Assembly: GCF_009914755.1 (NCBI RefSeq)
Contig: NC_060928.1
Length of the DNA: 64,000 nt
DNA from: the human T2T-CHM13v2.0 reference genome, Homo sapiens
Strand: one strand, 5' to 3'
The notes under the pieces were generated by a model that was not told where the DNA came from, did not search any database, and saw only the letters and a list, made by a program, of their open reading frames with translations. The translations under genes were made by a program, and so were the position numbers. Positions 58,118 to 64,000 of this stretch are shown here, in pieces. How positions within the stretch are numbered: the stretch's first letter is position 1; the number at the start of each line of letters is the position of its first letter.

Positions 58118-59364
58118 TTTTTATTATATACTTAAATTCTGGGATACATGTGCAGAACGTGCAGGTTTGTTACATAGGTGTACATGTGCCATGGTGGTTT
58201 GCTGCACCCATCCACCCATCACCTACATTAGGTATTTCACCTAATGCTGTCCCTCCCCTAGCCCTGCAGTCCCCCAACAGGTCGTGGTGTGTGATGTTCC
58301 CCTCCCTGTGTCCATGTGTTCTCATTGTTCAGCTCCCACTTATGAGTGAGAACATGCAGTGTTTGGTTTTCTGTTCTGGTGTTAGTTTGCTGAGAATGAT
58401 GGTTTCCAGCTTCATCCATGGCCCTGAAAAGGACATGAACTCATCCTTTTTTATGGCTGCATAGTATTCCATAGTGTATATGTGCCACATTTTCTTTATC
58501 CAGTCTATCATTGATGGACATTTGGGTTGGTTCCAAGTCTTTGCTATTGTGAATAGTGCCACAGTAAACATACGTGTGCATATGTCTTTATAGTAGAATG
58601 ATTTATGATCCTTTGGGGATATACCAGTAATGGGATTGTTGAGTCAAATGGTATTTCTAGTTCTAGATCCTTGAGGAATCGCCACACTGTCTTCCACAAT
58701 GGTTGAACTAATTTACACTCCTACCAACTGTGTGAAAGCGTTCCTATTTCTCCACATCCTCTCCAGCATCTGTTGTTTCCTGACTTTTTAATGATTTCCA
58801 TTCTAGCTGGTGTGAAATGGTATCTCATTGTGGTTTTGATTTGCATTTCTCTAATGACCAGTGATGATGAGCTTTCTTTCATATGTTTGTTGGTTGCATA
58901 AATGTCTTCTTTTGAGTAGCATCTGTTCATGTCCTTCATCGACTTTTTGATGGGGTTGTTTGTTTTTTTCTTATAAATTTGTTTAAGTTCCTTGTAGATT
59001 CTGGATATTAGCCCTTTGTCTGATGGACAGATTAGATTACAAAATTTTTCTCCCATTCTGTAGGTTGCCTGTTCACTCTGATGATAGTTTCTTTTGCTTT
59101 GCAGAAGCTCTTTAGTTAAATTAGATCCCATTTGCCAATTTTGACTTTTGTTCCCCTTGCTTTTGGTGTTTTAGACATGAAGTCTTTGCCCATGCCTGTG
59201 CCCTGAATGGTATTGCCTAGGCTTTCTTCTAGGGTTTTTATGGTTTTAGGTCTTACATTTAAGTCTTTAATCCATCTTGAGCTAATTTTTTATGAGGTGT
59301 AAGGAAGGGGTCCTGTTTCAGTTTTCTGCATATGGCTAGCCAGTTTTTTCTGCATATGGCTAGC
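58118..59364 (-). mobile_element. 5'-truncated L1PA (PA7-like)
   Basis: ORF2 C-terminus [16 protein letters not shown]; 3'UTR; possible short TSD gctttt. Confidence 0.92.
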
Positions 59365-59849
59365 TTTTGTTCTTAAGCTAGTTTGGTGGGTACTTATTTC
59401 ACCTTCCTTTAGGAATATTTTTTTCTACCCAAGATGGAAATTTTATCACAACCAATACAAGTTGCCTTTGGAACCCCTCCCCACCCTTATATTTAGTAAG
59501 TTAAACTATCCTTTAAAAAAAAAACTAATTATTCCACTCTCTGCAGCAAATAGGTTCTCTGCATCTAATGCATTGGGGAATACTACCTATAGTCACTCAC
59601 TTGCAGAAAGCTGGAAGATCATTACTGTGTGAGTAGAAAGAAGTAGCAATTACTTTTACTTATTATGGCATTGGTCACCAGCCAGGTGACAAAAAACCTT
59701 GAAGTTGGCAAGTAAAATGCAATAGGTGGTGATGGTAGAGTGTATTATGAATTTCTGTCATATTGTTCATCTTAATGCACTCAAAATTTTAACATTGTAT
59801 TTTGTAAATCCTCAAAATATGTCTGTGGACCAAAATCTGAGGTACTTAA

Positions 59850-60330
59850 CCATTCTAATGATAAATGTGAGCTCTTTGGGTGTCTGAGTGTTAAATGAGA
59901 TAATCTACTAGAAAGTGCTTAAAACAGTGCCTGGAAAGTAGCAAACACTCTATAATGTTATCTATTATTATTAAATTGAAATCCTTTCTTTGATCATTGG
60001 AAATATAATTTTTATAATGCATTTTATTTTCTTATGAACTGGAATATTTTATTGATATCTGTCAATTCTTGAGCAGACACTCATTCAATAGTATTTACTA
60101 AGCAGCTACTACATGCCAGACATTGTCCTAGGAATTTAAAGTTTAGTGGCAAACATGGTAAGTAAAGTTCTTTTCTTCATACCACTTAGTCAAATAGTAA
60201 CAATAGACACTTAAAATATTTATAATAAATATTGGTAAAAACTATGGTACTAGTTGCTATGTGAAGACATTTTAGGGCACTTACCTAATTGAAAGACAAG
60301 TCAGGTATTATGGAAGAGTTCATTTTTTTG
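59850..60330. mobile_element. MIR tail (+) and L2 3' end (-)
   Basis: ttaaatgagataat..aaagtgcttaaaacagtgcctgg; cattcaatagtatttactaagcagctactacatgccagaca. Confidence 0.65.
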
Positions 60331-60794
60331 GTGATTCTTGATGGTATTGTGTCTTGGGGTCAGGTGTCAGTTCCCTGTTTCCCTGTTTTCAGGCTAATTA
60401 TTCTATACTTTTATCCTGAAAGAATCAAATATCTGTCCTCACTGGAGATTTTCTAGACTTACATTTGTTTTTCCTAATTAGTATATCTCTGCAAGCATTA
60501 CCTTATATGAACTTACTAAATACTGATGCATGTAGTAATACAACACATACATTTCTGACTTCACTAAATAACTCCTATATCTAAAAGCACCTGGCTGTAT
60601 AGTATTTAAAAATGATATATCAAAGGCTCAGATGCATAATTGGGTCACAAAATGCAGTATCTGTGTAGATCTGGTGACCAATATAAACAGTGCTAATTTT
60701 CTCACAGCCATAGATTTGGAAACTGAAGATATAAACACGAGGCAAGTTCTTCTCACTATTAAACCTTTTGCCAGATTCAGAAAAAGTTTTGACT

Positions 60795-61316
60795 TGTAGG
60801 AGAAGAATAATCTCCGTCGGTTTTTAGTTGGAATGGACCCCTGTTACAAAAGGCAGATAGAAAAACAAACAGAAGTTTATAAATGTACATTTCATACACA
60901 CATGGGGGACACCCAGGGAATGAGTAGTTCTCAAAGAGGTGGCTTTGAATTCCAGTTTATACAGCACCTTCAACAAAGAACAGTAAATTTTTAGAAAAGT
61001 GACACAGCAAAGAAGATGGACTCTGAGTCTCCAGGGTTGTCAACTTGTGGAAAAGCAAATACATGACAGATAATGTCTAGTTAGTAAAGCTTACTAAAGT
61101 AGATTCCTGTGGTACCATCTTCAGGTTGATAAGAGTTCAAAGCTGTCTTCAGTGGTTAACCTTTGTTCTCCATGGTAGAAGCGGGGACAGGATACCTTTT
61201 GTCTTTGTAAATCTGTGTCCTGCTTTGTGGCAAATACAGGGAGGTCAGACAGCTTTCTTGTATCTGCTCCTCCACAATTCTTCATATTTTGGGGTGGCAT
61301 ATTCTGGTCTCCCACA
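60795..61316 (-). mobile_element. MER34-like ERV1 solo LTR
   Basis: Minus-strand start tgtgggagaccagaatatgccaccccaaaatatgaag; TG...CA ends. Confidence 0.8.
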
Positions 61317-61364
61317 GTACCCATTTGTGAGACTCTTGATCTAATAGACTAGAAGTTTTAGTAT

Positions 61365-61522
61365 TGTCTTAGTCAATTTTCTGTTACTTATAATAGAATA
61401 CCTAAAACTGGCTGATTTATAAAGAAAAGAAATTTATTTCTTGCAGTTATAGAGGCTGAGAAGTCCAAGGGCAAAAAGCCATATCTGCTGAAAATCTTCT
61501 TGCTATTGGGGACTCTCTGAAG
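61365..61522 (-). mobile_element. MSTC/D-like LTR fragment
   Basis: tgtcttagtcaattttctgttacttataatagaatacc..gaggctgagaagtccaagg. Confidence 0.75.
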
Positions 61523-61759
61523 ATCTGATTATCTAGGAGAAATAAGGGTCAGGGAAAATGGATGGAATGCCAGGAATTCTTTGGGATGACTTCTTTTAGG
61601 AATCAATTTTAATCATTTGACTTGTAATGATAAAGGTTCCTGGAAGACACTTCAAAGGTGTCATGTCTTCTATATTTTTAAGAAATAAACACCTGTAGGC
61701 ATACCCAAATTATTGAACTTGTGGTTTACGATTTCTAGTTATATATTTCATAATTTTTC

Positions 61760-62345
61760 TATAAATATAGCATTAATACTCACTAGATAGATTTTTTATG
61801 TTTTTAAACCTCATCTAAAATAGATAATATCTTGTACATCTTTAGGTAATATGTTTATTTTGTTCAACATTATAATTTTGGTATTTATATGGGTAAAGTT
61901 ATCTCTATTTCATTCATTTTAACTACTGCATATTGTTCCATTGTATGAATATGTCATAATTTGTCCTTCCTCTTTTGATGAACAATTTAGATTATTTACA
62001 GTTTTTATTTCTATATTATTATAGTCAACATTATAGTGAACATTCTGTGCATGTCTTTTGTACACATAATTTTTTATATACCTAAAAGCAGAATTTCTAG
62101 GTTTTAGGGAAAATATGTCTTTAGTTTTATTAGATAGTAGTTCTCTAATAAGGTTGTATAAAATATATAATTACAAAACAGTGTGTAAGCCTTAATATTG
62201 TAAGACTTTTCTGATGTGTACAAAGCTTGTTCTCAGTTTTGTTTTACTTTGCATTTTCCCAATTAATGTGAGATTATTTAGGAGATTTATTGGATTTTTG
62301 TGTGTGTGTGTGAATTGTCCTTTAAAATCCTTAAAGCTTAATTTT
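61760..62345 (-). mobile_element. L1ME-like 3' fragment
   Basis: ttcattcattttaactactgcatattgttccattgtatgaatatg..tttgcattttccc. Confidence 0.65.
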
Positions 62346-62884
62346 TTTGGTTACCAATACTCACAAATGTTCCCATGGCAAAAGATGGGTCAGTGCCAAT
62401 GTATCACTTTGTTTGTTTTTAGCCTCCTCTTTGTGATTTTCAGTCTACATTCCCAGATTGAAATTTTCTTATTTTCTTTTTTTAATCAAAATTTAAAATT
62501 TATATTTTTGTCACATAAAACAGTAAAACCCTAATATTTTACAAGTTTAATTTATTTTTAGGGACTTCATGATTAATTAACCACCACCAGAGATTTATAC
62601 AGTTCAGACTATTCTGATCACCACTAGCTATTATAGTTATCTCAGCCACTTTCCTTCTGGTATTGTCCTCTGGACTCTACCTATACAGGGTATTTTCATT
62701 CCCACTAAGATTATGGAGCCTGTTTTAACTCTATTATCTTTCACACTCTTCCTAAGCTTCAGAACAGTCAACAAAGTAACTTTTATGGATACTGACACTT
62801 CTTGTACCAATGCATGCAAAAGATAGGTTTTTAACCCTCTTTAGGGACAAAATTAAAGGGAAAAGAGGGAATATACATGATTGG

Positions 62885-63245
62885 TGATAACAGTTTGGCT
62901 CTGTGTCCCCACCCAAATCTCATCTCGAATTGTAACCCCCAGGTGTAGAGGGATGGGGGTGATTGGATCATTGGGGCCATCTCCCACATGCTAGTCTCAT
63001 GATAGTGAGTGAGTTCTCAGGAGATCTGATTGTTCTATAAGCCTCTAACATTTGCCTGGCTTGAAATTTTATCTCCTGCCACCGTGTGAAGAAGATCTTG
63101 CTTCCCATTTGTTTTCCACCATGATTATAAGTTTCCTGAGGTCTCAACAGCCACACTGAGCTGTGTGTCAATTAAACCTCTCTTTCCTTTATTAATTACC
63201 CTGTCTCAGATATTTCTTTATAGCAGTATAAAACAGACTAATACA
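62885..63245 (+). mobile_element. THE1D-like MaLR solo LTR
   Basis: ggctctgtgtccccacccaaatctcatctcgaattgtaa..acagactaataca; perfect TSD attgg (62880-62884, 63246-63250). Confidence 0.9.
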
Positions 63246-64000
63246 ATTGGTAAAAGCAAAACTCCATTTTTATTATTTTTAAATTCCTCTGAATTCTGGC
63301 CTCTATGCCATAGGATTTCTGGCATGTCACATTTCTTTAGAGAATTTCAATGTTCAGTCTAGGTTCATTAAAAAATACTAATAAAGTTTAGGAACATACT
63401 TGGTGTTTCAGAAGACATATGGTAGGTATATTTTTTTGAAAGTACATGGATTTTGAGAAATTCAGACCAATCTAAATTTTACTTTGCCTTCCTTGGTGAT
63501 GTACTCTTAAAGGCCAAAATAACAGATTTATAACAGTATAAACCAGCAAATTCTTGCCATTCTTTTGGTTTGTTGGTCTTCTCTATACAAGTTTGGTTTT
63601 ACATATACACCCAGGCATTCTTGAGTCTGGTTCTAGTTACTGGTTTAATGACAATGATTTAAGGCAGAAAAGGAATAATTACCACATATAAGGGAGACTC
63701 CTCAGGCAAGGAAACAGCAGCTTTTTTTTTTCTTTTTTTTTTTAAAGCCAGGGAAGAAGAGCAACTTCCAAATAATAAAAATAATTTCTTTCTTAGGCAA
63801 TGACAGTGTAGAGTGCTTCATAGGAGATGATGCAGTGAGTCATTCCTTCCTGTTTCTTTTCCCCTTTTAAGAGTACTGTTTTTGTGATCATTGCCTTATG
63901 GCCACAAATAAAAAGCAAAGAGTTAGGCTATATGTGCTAAACTACAGAATCAGTTGAATTCTTACTTTTTCATGAGCATCAGTTCATATTTTAATTTGAT

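Overview
AT-rich catarrhine primate (most likely human/great ape) genomic DNA, intergenic or deep intronic. I see no supportable host protein-coding exon, RNA gene or CRISPR array. Every recognisable ORF is a LINE-1 ORF1/ORF2 remnant or an incidental frame in Alu/LTR/low-complexity sequence. The window is a layered repeat record: four L1PA copies, older L1M/L1MA/HAL1 pieces, five near-complete Alus plus fragments, a solo LTR12 (ERV9), MaLR/ERVL/ERV1 LTRs, MER44, L2 and MIR. I found no new biological system. The best signals are mechanistic: (1) apparent non-allelic gene conversion between two L1s of different subfamilies ~10.5 kb apart; (2) a twin-primed inverted L1 with a short 3' transduction; (3) a rearranged MSTA-type provirus with an inverted LTR piece and ~0.9 kb of captured older DNA; (4) a ~22-nt Alu stub at an L1M1 breakpoint. 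Family names were assigned by eye from remembered consensus sequences, and old-repeat boundaries are approximate.
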